DNA of 64,000 nt. It comes from Lama guanicoe. Taxonomy: Eukaryota. The notes beneath the pieces are model-generated. The model saw only the letters and a program-made list of their open reading frames with translations. It did not search any database and was not told the origin of the DNA. Position numbers and translations under genes: made by a program. Below are positions 36,200 to 48,125 of this stretch, piece after piece (the first letter of the stretch is position 1; each line of letters begins with the position of its first letter). Where the stretch lies: assembly GCA_013239625.1 (NCBI GenBank), contig MU053376.1, positions 830,833 to 894,832 of the forward strand, written 5' to 3'.

Positions 36200-37481
36200 G
36201 TAATTCCTACTAATCCCGGGACCCCGCCAGGCGCTCCCTGGGGTTTTGGGAGGGCGACGTCTAGGAGGGGGACGACGCTGCAGGACAGGGTGTGCTGTGT
36301 GCAGGCCAACCGGCAGCACGCCCACCCCCAGCCAAATCCGACTCCTCTCCAGAGTCTCGTGTCACCTCCCTGAGCCCTGTCACAGCCCTACTCTGTCAGC
36401 TCCCTGAGCTCCATCATGACCCGGGTTCCCGCTCCTCTCACAGACTGAGCTCCGCCTGAGCGCCTGCTGTCTCGCCCCGCCCCTCACCTCTGGCCACGCC
36501 CACCACTCCCGGAAGGGGCCTGGTCTCCTCCCCCAGCTTGGCTTCGGAAGTGTGTCCGGTCCTGTCGCGAAGGCCCACTTGCTTCGTTATCCATAGGCGC
36601 ACCTGTTTTGTGGCCTCCTCACAGCTGCTGCTGTATGCCCATTTACAGTCTGCACACATGCGTGTGCAACACACATGAATGTGGGCTCCTGACTCACCTT
36701 CCAGATCCTTCCAGTAGCCAGCCAAAAAATGTGGAAGTGGCTGGTTCCAGGAGCCAGGATGGGGGAGAGACCATGCCTGTCCTCACCAGTCAGTGGCCCA
36801 ACGGCTTTATCCCCAGGCCAGGACGGCACCCACTTAGGACATCTAAGGAGACTGGGGCCCCAGAAAGATGCTTCCCCACTCTTGTTGGGGCCCCTCTGTC
36901 CTGCTGTCCATCACTGAAGCTCCTAGACTCAAGTCCCTATCTCGTCCCTGGCCTGGTCCTCTGTCTTTGTCTGCCCCCCCCCTCATTCCCTTAACTGGTC
37001 TGCCCTGCTCAGCACCCCAGGGTGACACCCCTTGGGCTCCTGCCCCTTCACGGCTTGGCACACAGAGTAGAGGATTATTATGAGAAAACGGGACAAAATC
37101 CCATACATCCTCACCGGCTTTCCTAAAGGTTGTGACCTTGGGTCTAATGCACAGGGCAGCATTTTCCAAATGCTTGCCCCCCAACAGCATCCATAGAAGT
37201 GGGGGAGGGGTGGTCCCAGTTTTCTCCATGTCCTGCATCCTTCGATACTCTTTTGGGGGTGATAGAATTTGGAGGTTCTTCTTTGTTCTTCCTTGAACCC
37301 TGAGGGAAGGGGGTGGCCCCTGTGCTGACCCTCCAAGGCCAGCTGGGGTTGGTTCCTGCTGATGGTGACCTCAGCCCATCAGGGACCTGTCCTTGGGACG
37401 GTGTCCAGGACTGAGACCAGCACAGGGACGGGCCGGCTCTAACTCGGGAGTCCTGCGTGACGTCTTCCTCTTTGCTGCCAG

Positions 37482-37583
37482 GACGGCCTGACCGACCCCG
37501 GGACCTGGAGCTCACCGACCTGGCTGAGAGGAGTGTGAGGCTGACCTGGATCCCGGGGGATGACAACAACAGTCCAATCACAG
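37482..37583 (+). CDS. NFASC: FNIII-1 first half
   Basis: ctgccag|...|gtcagc; [34 protein letters not shown], 102 nt. Confidence 0.96.
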
Positions 37584-37695
37584 GTCAGCCGGGGGCCCCG
37601 CGCGCCCCTCCGGAGAGGAGGGGCGGTGGCAACCTGGAAGGCCTTGCCCTGCTTTCTGGTCCCACTGCCTCACTTGATGTGAGCCCTGGGCTGTT

Positions 37696-37845
37696 TTTTT
37701 TTTCTTTTTTATCATTGGAGTGGGGGGTGGTAATTAGGTTTATTTAATTTATTTTATTTTTATTCTTTAATGGAGGCACTGGGGATTGAACCCAGGACCT
37801 TGGGCATGCTAAGCATGTGCTTTACCACCGAGCTACACTCTCCCC
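37696..37845 (-). mobile_element. tRNA-derived SINE (same family), antisense
   Basis: Reverse complement reads ggggagagtgtagctcggtggtaaag...ggttcaatccccagtgcctcc plus A-rich tail; TSD ctggg(c/t)tgtt at 37686-37695 and 37847-37856. Confidence 0.85.
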
Positions 37846-38028
37846 GCTGGGTTGTTGACAGGATGCAGGGAGGCCTCGGTTCCCCTTTCTGTGTCTTGGG
37901 AAGACCACCTGTGCCTTTGTTTACCCAAAGGAGATTAGACAGACTAACGGAAACCCGGAGGGAGCGGCCTTGAGAGAGAACTCACTAGCTCAGCTCCTCG
38001 AACAGCTCTGTCTTCCTCGCCCCCTCAG

Positions 38029-38226
38029 ACTACGTCGTGCAGTTTGAAGAGGACCAGTTCCAGCCAGGGGTCTGGCATGACCATTCCAAGTTCCCGGGCA
38101 GTGTCAACTCAGCCGTCCTCCGGCTGTCCCCGTATGTCAACTACCAGTTCCGGGTCATCGCCATCAATGAGGTGGGCAGCAGCCACCCCAGCCTCCCGTC
38201 CGAGCGCTACCGAACCAGCGGAGCAC
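38029..38226 (+). CDS. NFASC: FNIII-1 second half
   Basis: ccctcag|...|gtgagt; [18 protein letters not shown]...SERYRTSGA, 198 nt. Confidence 0.97.
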
Positions 38227-38289
38227 GTGAGTGTTGAGGGCTAACGGGTCCGAGACCAGGCACCCAGACTTCAAACCGAGTCCCCTCTG

Positions 38290-38500
38290 GCCCCAGCCAC
38301 ACGAATTTGGGCACGTAACTTAACCTCTCCAAGGCTCAGCTTCCTCATCTCTGAAACTGAGAATACTACCATCCCGGGCTGGCTGTGAGGATTCCTTACA
38401 TTTGAAATGTAATTTGGGTTCTTACCATGATGCCTGGCATACAGCAAGCACACAATACATGTTAACTGTCATGTTTGTTATTACTAATATTACTAATAGT
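38290..38500 (+). mobile_element. MIR SINE
   Basis: ttgggcacgtaacttaacctctccaaggctcagcttcctcatctctgaaa...gcctggcatacagcaagcacacaata. Confidence 0.75.
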
Positions 38501-39039
38501 ATTAATAATTCTTGGTGATCTGCTTTAAATGGAAAAGCCATGGCAACAGTTTGCAATAGAAACATACCTTCTGATGTTGTATCAGATTTCTCCACACACT
38601 TGGGTAGTGGAATGTTTACATTTCTGAAACCACACTGGCTCACTGAGGGTGGAGATGCTCCCCCAAAATATTAAATGCTGGATAAACCAGTCTGGTAACA
38701 CATTTAGTGGCTAATCCACAAAGGGGATGATCCACATTGAATTGGCTGTATGGGCTATCTGAAGTGTGGAAAGCCTTATGATAAACGCTGTCCTGTAAGG
38801 GATTAAAATTCAAAAGAAATCATCCCTGCTTTGGGGGTTTAAATCTTAGCTAGGAAGGCACGTCATACCCGTGAGAAAGCGGCAGAGCAAGTTCACTTGC
38901 TTATGGGATAGAGTGTTTAGAAAGATGCTGAGAAAAGACAGAGCGCAGAAGGGACCAGTCGGGTTGGGGGAGAGGAGCTGCGTACTGTGCCCTATGATGC
39001 ACAAATTGGACTTGATATTTGTATCCATTTGGGTTCCAG

Positions 39040-39110
39040 CCCCTGAGTCCAACCCCTCTGATGTGAAGGGAGAGGGGACCAGAAAGAACAACATGGAAAT
39101 CACGTGGACG
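39040..39110 (+). CDS. NFASC: FNIII-2 first part
   Basis: gttccag|...|gtaaga; [24 protein letters not shown], 71 nt. Confidence 0.96.
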
Positions 39111-40448
39111 GTAAGAGCCCCTCCCAGCCCGCCCAGGAAGGGCCGGCCTGCCTAGCAGCCTGAGCCTGGGAGCCCTCCCCCCTTATACCCGGGACCCCTC
39201 GCCCTTTATACCCGGGACTCCAGGGCCGCGGGGTGGTCAGACCACCTGGCTGGTGTGGAGGCCACTCTTCCCTGCATGGAGCATCCAGAAACCAAACAGG
39301 TGGACGTCTGAGAGCAAGATTTAAGACAAGAGCAGGAGCAGTGGTGACCGAGGAGCAAAGACTGTCAGGTTGGCAAAATCAGCATCCAGCAGAGTAAACG
39401 GACTTCTTTAGAAGAAGGAGGGATTTAGATGACTCTCTAGGAAAGATTTAGCCTAAACACCAGGACCTCGCTTTGGGGTGTTCTGGGGTCCTCCTACTGG
39501 AGATTGTTGGGAGAGGGGAGAGATCAGCGGCTGAGTGGTCCTCCAGTGCAGGCCACCTGTAAGTCTAGGATGGACAAGGTGACTCAAAAGATGCCCCCAG
39601 GCCAGAATTGGGAAAGTCCATCTTCATCTTGGCTCACTGACCACATTTTCCAAACCAAAACTAGGATAGGGGGCCTCAAAATGACTTTTTTTCAAATCAC
39701 TTCCAAATTTAAGAGACTCAGATTCAGCCACTGAAATATTAACATTTTTGTGCTATTGCCATGAATAACAGAAACAGAGAGACACAATGTTTGGGATCAC
39801 TGACCACCCCCATCTTCTGAGGGCCTGGTCTCACAGCAGACTTGACAACTGGGCTGAGCCCAGACTTAAGACACTGGGGCTCATCTTCAGGACTTCCCAA
39901 GGGTTGGTTCTTGATCCACAGCTCTGGATGACAGGCTCCCAGGGGACTGCTTCCTGGCCCTTAGGGAGTAAAGACAGAGTTACGCCCACTCTGGGTTCCG
40001 GCCTTTTGGGAAGGACAGGGCAGACACGCATGGATTCAGTAGGACTAAAATCTGGAAACTGAATTCGTTGACAGCAGGCTAAACCAAAACTCCTTTCTTT
40101 CTGGCTTTGGAGATCATTATGTCACTGCCTACGTTTTGTTTTCTGGTTGCTCCATCACAGGAAAGAGTCCTGTCGCCAGTAAAGCTTTCGCACCCTGTGC
40201 ACCTGCCAAGGGGGTGGAAGTCAGAGTGACCAGGGCTTGGGGGGAGAATCTGCATGCTGCTGGCTTCATAGGACTCTGGGCTCTGGGGGGACTCAGCATT
40301 GGTGGGTATGTTCTCCTCAGCTCTGCAAGGGAGCTGGTCGCTGTTGGGCAGGTGGGGCAGGGTGCCGGGCGCAGGTAGAGTGAAGGCTGTGGGAGGCCGG
40401 GCCTCCTCGCCCGTGCCCTCTCCACCCCTGCCATCTCTCCCTGTTCAG

Positions 40449-40671
40449 CCAATGAATGCCACCTCCGCCTTTGGCCCCAACCTGCGCTACATCGTCAAGT
40501 GGCGGCGGAGAGAGACCCGAGAGACCTGGAACAATGTCACGGTGTGGGGCTCCCGCTACGTCGTGGGGCAGACCCCCGTCTACGTGCCCTACGAGATCCG
40601 AGTCCAGGCCGAGAATGACTTTGGGAAAGGTCCTGAGCCAGACACTGTCATCGGTTACTCCGGGGAAGATT
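40449..40671 (+). CDS. NFASC: FNIII-2 second part
   Basis: gttcag|...|gtgagt; [18 protein letters not shown]...[13 protein letters not shown], 223 nt. Confidence 0.97.
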
Positions 40672-42696
40672 GTGAGTACCCTCCCCGCCCCCACCCAGGA
40701 CCCTCACCGCTGGGCTGCTCAGGCCACCCTCGCAGACCAGGAACGCCTGGGGTGGGGGGGCCGTGGGACTTCCGAGAACATCCTGGGAAGACAGCCAGTT
40801 CCCAGGAGAGAGAAATCCTCTGCAGTGGCCTAGAGTAGATGGGCCCCAGAAAACATTAGGAGTGGAAGCGTTATCATCCGAACACTAGTTAGAATTACTG
40901 AACATGGTTCCCTAGGCCAATGCACTCATTTTATGTACGTGAAAACTGGGGTCCTGCAAGGGAGACCCCTGCTACTATTGCACAGTATTAAATGTCAGCT
41001 TTGAAAATAGAACCCAGGCTTTCTGGTCTACCTTACTGCCAAGCCTTGCTAGCACCAAGAAAGACTTCAGGACCATGCATCGCAAAGGGCCATAATTAGA
41101 CTCCTCCGTAGGGAGCAGGGCCACAGGCCAGACTCTTCCCCCGGAGTCCCAGGAGAATCCTTGAGGGATTGAGATCTTGAGGGATCGAGGTCTGTGGAGC
41201 CCCCAGCCTGGAGCTCCAGACCAGCCACCCACTGGCATCCCCACTGTTGCTCTTAACTCCTGGAATTGAACATGAAAAGAGAAGTTCTTTGGAGGCTGTG
41301 TCTGTACTGTCAACAAGATCCTGGGTGTATATGTAGAAGTATGTGCCTGGCTTTCCAGACGGTGGTGGCCTCTCTGTCCCCAGCACATCAAGCTTGTAGG
41401 CTGCTGAACAAAGCAGGAGGGTCGGTGGCACCCCTCCTGCTCAGAGCAATCCGTGCCCTGGTGGGTCTAGGTTTGATCCAAGAAGTCTTCAGGTGGACGG
41501 GGTGACCAGAAGGAAGGGAGGAGAGTCTTAGGGAGGAGCAGAGCCACATGGGCCGGTTCTGGGCTCAGGAGGAAGGCCAGTGGTGCTCGTAGCAGTGAAT
41601 GGGAGGCAGTGAGGGTTGGGCCCTGTGCCCCACTTCCCTGGAGGTGATTATGGATGGGACCCACTTGGGAGATAAGTAGAGGGGATCAGCAGGCCTTCTG
41701 TCCGTCCCGCTCCTCATCTCCATGGTGGCAGACACCTCCAGACAGAAGCCGGTGGGGACTCCTGGAGGGTAAGTATGGAGAAGACAGCCTCTGGCCGTGG
41801 ACGTCACACACTGCCCCACAGCCTCCATCGCGTCTGTCTGCCCCGCGGGTGATGCTGTAGAGGGGATGGGGCGGAACTGCTTTTGCAGCAGAGTAGAGAA
41901 AACGGAGGTGAGAATCAGTTATAGGGGAGGGAGTGTCCCTTCCTTTCCAGGGAGCCACAGGATCAGAATCTTTTCCTGAATTAGGTTATGGCGTCGTCAG
42001 TCTGTGGGTAACATCCCCTGCAGGGCCTGGAAGGAAGCAAACGCCACTTAGGCGGGACTACTTCTAAGACGAGGACAGGGTTAGAGGGAAAAGAGCAAGG
42101 TCTGGCAAATGACCTGGAGGGCCAGCAGCATAGGATGCCATTATACCATTGGCCTGGAGGGGCAGGGGCAGGTGAGTCTCTGCGGCCAGAGAGGGCTGCC
42201 TTTGGGTCGAAGGGTGCAGTGCTGTCATCCTGCAGCCCCGCAGAGGCAGCCAGGGGAACAGATACCATCCTCCCCTTCCTCCTGCCCTGGGATCTCCTGT
42301 TGGCGCCTCCTTTTGGGCAGACCCATCTGGAAGCCTGAGAACAAGGAGCCGTGCTGACACAGTCCGGAGAGGACGGCTCCCGGGTCACGGGGCGGGGTGG
42401 GGAAGGTGGACAGTGCAACGGAGGGGCAAACTCCCGGCATATGAGGGCAGCACATAACTGCCCTCCATACGTGTAGGCAGATCCCTCCACCTGGACTGCC
42501 ATCCCTTTGTCCTGAGCCTCCCCCGGCTCTTCCAAGTACACGCTGATGGAGGAGGCGTGGCCCCTGCCCTCGGGGAGTACCCAGTGTCCAGAGTGGAGCA
42601 GAGGTACGGGCCAGCAGAGAGCAAGTCTGAGAGGGGACTCGAGTCCAGGGGCCAGCCCAGCCTGCATAACTAGCTCTCTGTCCTGACACATTGCAG

Positions 42697-42812
42697 ATCC
42701 CAGGGCTGCTCCCACTGACGTTAAAATCCGAGTCCTGAACAGCACAGCCATCAGCCTTCAGTGGAACCGCGTCTACTCCGACACGGTCCAGGGCCAGCTC
42801 AGAGAGTACCGA
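42697..42812 (+). CDS. NFASC: FNIII-3 first part (alternative, NF155 type)
   Basis: attgcag|...|gtgagg; YPRAAPTDVKIRVLNSTAISLQWNRVYSDTVQGQLREYR, 116 nt. Confidence 0.95.
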
Positions 42813-44407
42813 GTGAGGAAGCCAGCTCTGGGCCCCGCCTAACCACCCAGCTCGCTAACCAGGGTGAGGGGGTAGCAGATGCGGGCCGGCAGGTATCTGG
42901 AAGGGGGTCCCAGGGAGAGTTGTTGGATCCAGAGTTGATTCAAGAAGATGATGTCTAGGGCTAGCTGTTCAAAAATACACCCAGAAAAAAATGATATGCT
43001 CCCAGACGTACCCTGCAACAGGTATGCGGGAGATTCTGCTCAGCAGAAAATGACGTGAAGGGCACTAGGTCTGGGGCGACCTTACGTAGCACGTTATGCT
43101 CGTAACGCGTGTGTGTGTGTGGACACACATGTCTTCGGAAGCAGTGTTGAGGCACCGCTGAGCTGCACCCCTGCCCTCCCCTAATGGTCCCTGCTGGGCT
43201 GCTTGCCTCACCCAGTCTGATCTCATGAAGCCCCCACTAACAGGCGGAGACCCTAGAAGGATGGAAATGCCTTCCCTGTTGTCACAGCCAACTCCGATGA
43301 CTGAGGTCGGTTCTTGGCCTCTCCTGGCCTTCTCTTCCACCCCTGCCGCCTGTCTCTTTGAAAGCGTGAGCTGAGGTGAGGGAAGAAGGAGAGAAAACCC
43401 GGGGTGATGAGTAGCTCTGTTTAAAAGTTCCTGGGGAGGCTGTAGCCCTGGGGAAACACGGGTTCTGTGGCTTAGAGGTCATCGACAGTTGGCTGATGGA
43501 CAACTGGGGGCACAGAGGGAGTCAGTCTCCTCCTGGGCGATGAGTTTGGTAGGGAAGGAAGGCAAGATGATATATACGCTTAAATGAGCTCTTCCCCAAC
43601 TGTTGACTTGCACCCTTAACCTACTTGCCTGGAGACTTTTTTGGCTAAAGCTCCCATCGGGTCCCCCTCTCAAGTCTGGACTTCCTCCTGACCTTGCCCT
43701 TGAAGGCACCAGGTGATGCTGGTGTGACAGCCTGACCTGGGGCTTCTCATCCCCTGCTCATTAGACCTCGTGTCTCAGGCTCTCTCGGCTGTTTCTGTGA
43801 CACTACCCCTTGCACAGGCTCCCCCGCCCTGTCCCCCGCAGCCTGCTCTCCCACTGACTTGGACACGCCACTATCCCATTCCTAAAGGTCTTCCAACAAT
43901 GTTAAAAGAAACCATTTGACTTCAAAGGATTCAATCAACTCTCTCTTATATTCAGACTTCTGGGGGTACCTGCTGCTTTTCAACTCCTGTCTGCTGCCAG
44001 TCTAAACCGTACTAAATCTGACTCAGGGTGACGCGGTCTTTGAGCCCAGAAAAGAGCTTTCCATGCCTGGACCCTTGGCTCCAATTTGTGGTTCTGGCGC
44101 GGACTCCCTGAGCAACCTCCCCCCAAGCTTGGAGATGAGTCTCAAGACGGAGCGGCTCAGCTGTACGTTTGGCTAACTTGCCTGGTCCCCGGAGAGGTGA
44201 CGTGGCTCAGAAAATGACCGAAAGCAAAAACCTCTGCTCTGTTTGACATCCACTCACTAGTGGCTCACGAAGGGGGGCGTCAGGCCCCTCCCCCAGCCTC
44301 TGTGGGACTGATGTGGCGAGCCAAGGGCAGACCGGTCACTGCCGCCAGCACTAACCACTAACCCGCCCGGCCCGGCCCCCCCTCACCGGCCTGCCTCTGT
44401 CCCGAAG

Positions 44408-44612
44408 GCCTATTACTGGAGGGAGAGCAGCTTGCTGAAGGGCCTGTGGGTGTCTCAGAAGAGGCAGCAAGCTGGCTTCCCCGGCGACCGCCTGCGGGGC
44501 GTGGTGTCCCGCCTCTTCCCCTACAGCAACTACAAACTGGAGATGGTTGTGGTCAACGGGCGAGGCGATGGGCCTCGCAGTGAGACCAAGGAGTTCACCA
44601 CCCCGGAAGGAG
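44408..44612 (+). CDS. NFASC: FNIII-3 second part with RGD (alternative, NF155 type)
   Basis: cccgaag|...|gtaggt; AYYWRESSLLKGLWVSQKR...VVNGRGDGPRSETKEFTTPEG, 205 nt; RGD at 44561-44569. Confidence 0.95.
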
Positions 44613-45765
44613 GTAGGTCTGGCCCGCAGCTCCCCGGGTGGGGCAGGACGAGGGGGGCGCACCCAGGTGGGCCCGGAGCGGCTCCAGCGTGGCTTGGCCC
44701 GCACTGCACACGTTGACTTCTGCGTGACCTCGAGGAGGGATGACCTACAAGCTGAGCAGCTCCAGCCGTGCCCCCAGGGCATCGTCACCGAGGTGGCCGC
44801 CCTGACGGAAGATTGGATGTCAAGACTGTGCGTGATTCTGGACGAGCTGTGCGCACGGACTCCCGTGGGAGGGCACTGCGGGAGCCGGGGCCCCTGCTCA
44901 CCGCCTTCTGAGGGAGCACGGACACGCTGATCCCTCAGAGGCATCTGGTTTACCAGCCCCAAGGACCTTCACTCTTGTCACCACTGTAATCAAGGCTGTG
45001 CTGAGACTGTGCACCCTGCAGGGGGCACCCTGGTCCTGGAAGACAGACTCTTGCCGAGGTCCCAGCCCATCTGTTCTGCCGGTGCTCTTGAACCAGCCTG
45101 GCATTTGCTCTGCCCTCTCCTGTCTCTCCTTCCTCCTTTCTTCAGTATTATATTCCCCATTCTTCTCTCTCCCTCCTTTCTCCCTCCTTTGTTCTTCCCT
45201 CTTGTTTCTTTATTCCTGTCTCCCCTCTTCCTCGTCTGGTTTTCATCATCAGTCTCTCCCTATCGCTCATGCTCCTGGCACGTGTCCTGTCGTGGGTTAC
45301 TTTCTCCTCACCCCTGAACCCGGCATTCTCAGCTCGGAGGCCAGCTGCTTGGACCCAGTGGTGAGAATCCTTGTGTGAGGATTGAGACCTGCTGCCTCTG
45401 TCACCAAACGACTCAAATTGGTACCCTGCCTGGGAATGGCTCTGCCCAACTTGGAGGTTTCTTTGCAGGATCAGAGCCTCACATGTGCTAAATCCAGGGT
45501 AGTTGCTAAAGGAGAACTTGACTGACTTCCTCCCCATGTAAACAGAGTCTGAGCCATGTGTGCCCTAAAGCTGGGGAAATGCCATTCAGGATGGGGCGAT
45601 GGACACTGGCCACCTCCCGGTTCTCCGGGTTCCGGCTTAGCGACAATCCAGCACGGGGGTTGCCCAGAGGTCAATGCCTTCATATTTGTGCTTTGTTTTC
45701 TGTGTTTTCCTCATCCTGCCCCCCTTCTCTCCCCCATGTCCCCCACTCTCTCCTCCTTCCCCAAG

Positions 45766-45888
45766 TACCCAGTGCCCCCAGGCGTTTCCGAGTCCGGCAG
45801 CCCAACCTGGAGACAATCAACCTGGAGTGGGATCATCCAGAACACCCCAATGGGATCCTGACTGGATATACTCTCAAATACGTGGCCT
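45766..45888 (+). CDS. NFASC: FNIII-4 first half
   Basis: ccccaag|...|gtacgt; [40 protein letters not shown], 123 nt. Confidence 0.96.
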
Positions 45889-46947
45889 GTACGTTCTGCC
45901 CTTCTTTCTCTTGGATAATCTGAGAATCAGAAACCCTATTCTCACCACTTATCCTAAGGAATCAGGTAGCCAGCCTATGGGTACAGAGGGCATTGTGGAG
46001 GGATGGAGGGGCCGTAGAATGAGGGGAGGCAAGTGAGGCCCAGTCCCTGCTCTCCTGACACAGCTCCCCCAGCAGGGGGCTTCTGGTCAGCCCGGCAAGA
46101 CAGAGAGGACTTCCAGTCTGATGAGGGATTCGGCCCCGGCCCGCAGGGATCTTAGAGTCGCCAAGTCTAGGAGAGAGAGTGCCTCACCTGGTGTGATTTC
46201 TGTCCGATGGGGCAGAGAGTACATGCATAGGAATCCACGTGACACTGACACGTGGAGATACCTTAACAGGATGCCTTTTTTGGGAAGGCAGCTGTCTGTA
46301 CAGCTGCCAGGGAATTTGGAGCGGCTCAGTCAGGAGCCTGGGTTGGGAAGACCTCACCTAAAGAGTTCAGCGTCACCATTCAGGGGCAGGAGTGTTATTC
46401 ATTTGAAAACCTTTCAGCCTTCTAAAGTAGGTAATGTACCTACAGAGGGCCAGGTGTTGTGCTGTTAAGGATTTTAATAGCCAACTGTGTGCCTGTGTGC
46501 TATTCTGAATCCATCTCTAGACCTGACCTTCCCCCTTTGAGTTACACTGAATAAGCCTTTTCCAAAGAAGACATTAACAATCTGAAGTTCTAGTGGTTTT
46601 GACCTAGTTCTGTTTGAAAGGAAGAAAGGAACTCAAGTTTGGTCCTTGTTGAAAAGGCTTGAGTTGAATCTTTCAAAATCAGCCTCATAGCTCTGCAGTG
46701 AGCCAGCGATGAGATCAGTGGGAAAGTGTTACCCCTGGGGTGTCATCAAAGCACCGGAAAGGAGTTCTTGCCCCGCACTCGGCCTTTGAACCGTCTCCCA
46801 TCCCCGAGTCTTTAAGGTCCCGGGTAGGCTCCACGGGGTCCCCTGTCCAGCAGAGTCAGTGAGGCTTCCTCCTTCCAGCTGCAGACTGTATAACCCGTCA
46901 CGGTCAACGTTGCTAAAGTTCAATTCCACTTACCTATCTCTCCCCAG

Positions 46948-47121
46948 TTAATGGAACCAAAGTAGGAAAGCAGATAGTGGAAAACTTCTCTCCCAATCAG
47001 ACCAAGTTCACGGTGCAAAGAGCAGACCCCGTGTCGCGCTACCGCTTTTCCCTCAGTGCCAGGACGCAGGTGGGCTCTGGGGAAGCAGTCACAGAGGAGT
47101 CACCGGCGCCCCCGAATGAAG
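46948..47121 (+). CDS. NFASC: FNIII-4 second half
   Basis: ctccccag|...|gtaggt; [21 protein letters not shown]...EESPAPPNE, 174 nt. Confidence 0.96.
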
Positions 47122-47964
47122 GTAGGTGCACTGGGGCAGCCTCGGAGCAAAAGGGCCCAGGTAATTCAGATGCCTAGAGAAACACTGACTTGGTTTGTGG
47201 CTGCCCAGCCTCTTGGGATGGAGAGGAAATGAGGCTGCAGGCCCTCAACCCTCCAAAGGAGAGAGCCCTCCTGCGTGCTGAGAGGTAGGTGCCAGCTGTG
47301 TATCTGCAAAAACGCATCTTCTTACTGTTGCCATCAGACCTGGGTCCCCACTCGGCCTTGACCTGCTCAGCTACTCAACCCCTGTCGTCTTTTCTTCTAA
47401 TGGGGGATTGAGGAGGGGAGTGTGACTCGCAGCTGAGCTGAGGGCACGAGAGAAAGCGTGCTGGAAGCAAACGTGCTTGTGGGCTCCAAAGAGCAGGGAC
47501 GGTGTTCGCCTGCAGAGGGAGGCAGCAGTATTGTCGAGATGGCCCCACGAGGGCTCTGGCGACGCCCCTTCTTTTCCCAAGAGTGCGGGGCACCCAGAAG
47601 GGGAAGGAAAGTCCGCTACTGAAGCTACTTCCTGGGATCGAGTAAAGCAGGAAATGTCATCCCTCCTTGCAGCCTGAATTGAGTTGAATTACAGGCCGGG
47701 GAGAGGAAGGGGAGTTGGGAAACAGCTGATTTGCCAAACCAGCTCCACAAAGAGCAAATGTGTTCCTCTCCCCGTTCTGGTGTCTTCAGCAGCGCAGCCC
47801 CCTGCCCCAAGCGGCGCCCACCTTAAACCTCCACCAGAGGGCGCTCTGGGCCCAGCTGTGCCTGTGCTGGGAGCCCCCTCAAGCCTGCGAGGCTGTAAGA
47901 AGCCTTGGTGTTGGCCAGACCGCAAATGAGAGGGGACGGGGGCTCTGCCTCTCAGAGGTAGGGT

Positions 47965-48125
47965 GGTCTGTTCAACAGCCATTTCTTGAGCATCTAGGAC
48001 ATGAGGTGCCAGACACTGTGCCAAAAACGAGGGATATGAAGGTAATAAGCTCACTCAGTCTAGAAGGATAGACAGCCACAGGACTGTCTAATTGTAATTC
48101 AATGTGAGAAGTGTTATGTGTTTAG
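47965..48125. mobile_element. L2 3' end fragment
   Basis: ttcaacagccatttcttgagcatct...gtgccagacactgtgcc...ctcagtctagaagg. Confidence 0.5.

Noticed and set aside
41981..42751. 256-aa antisense ORF
   Set aside because: GC-rich with no recognisable domain; partly a shadow of the FN3 exon
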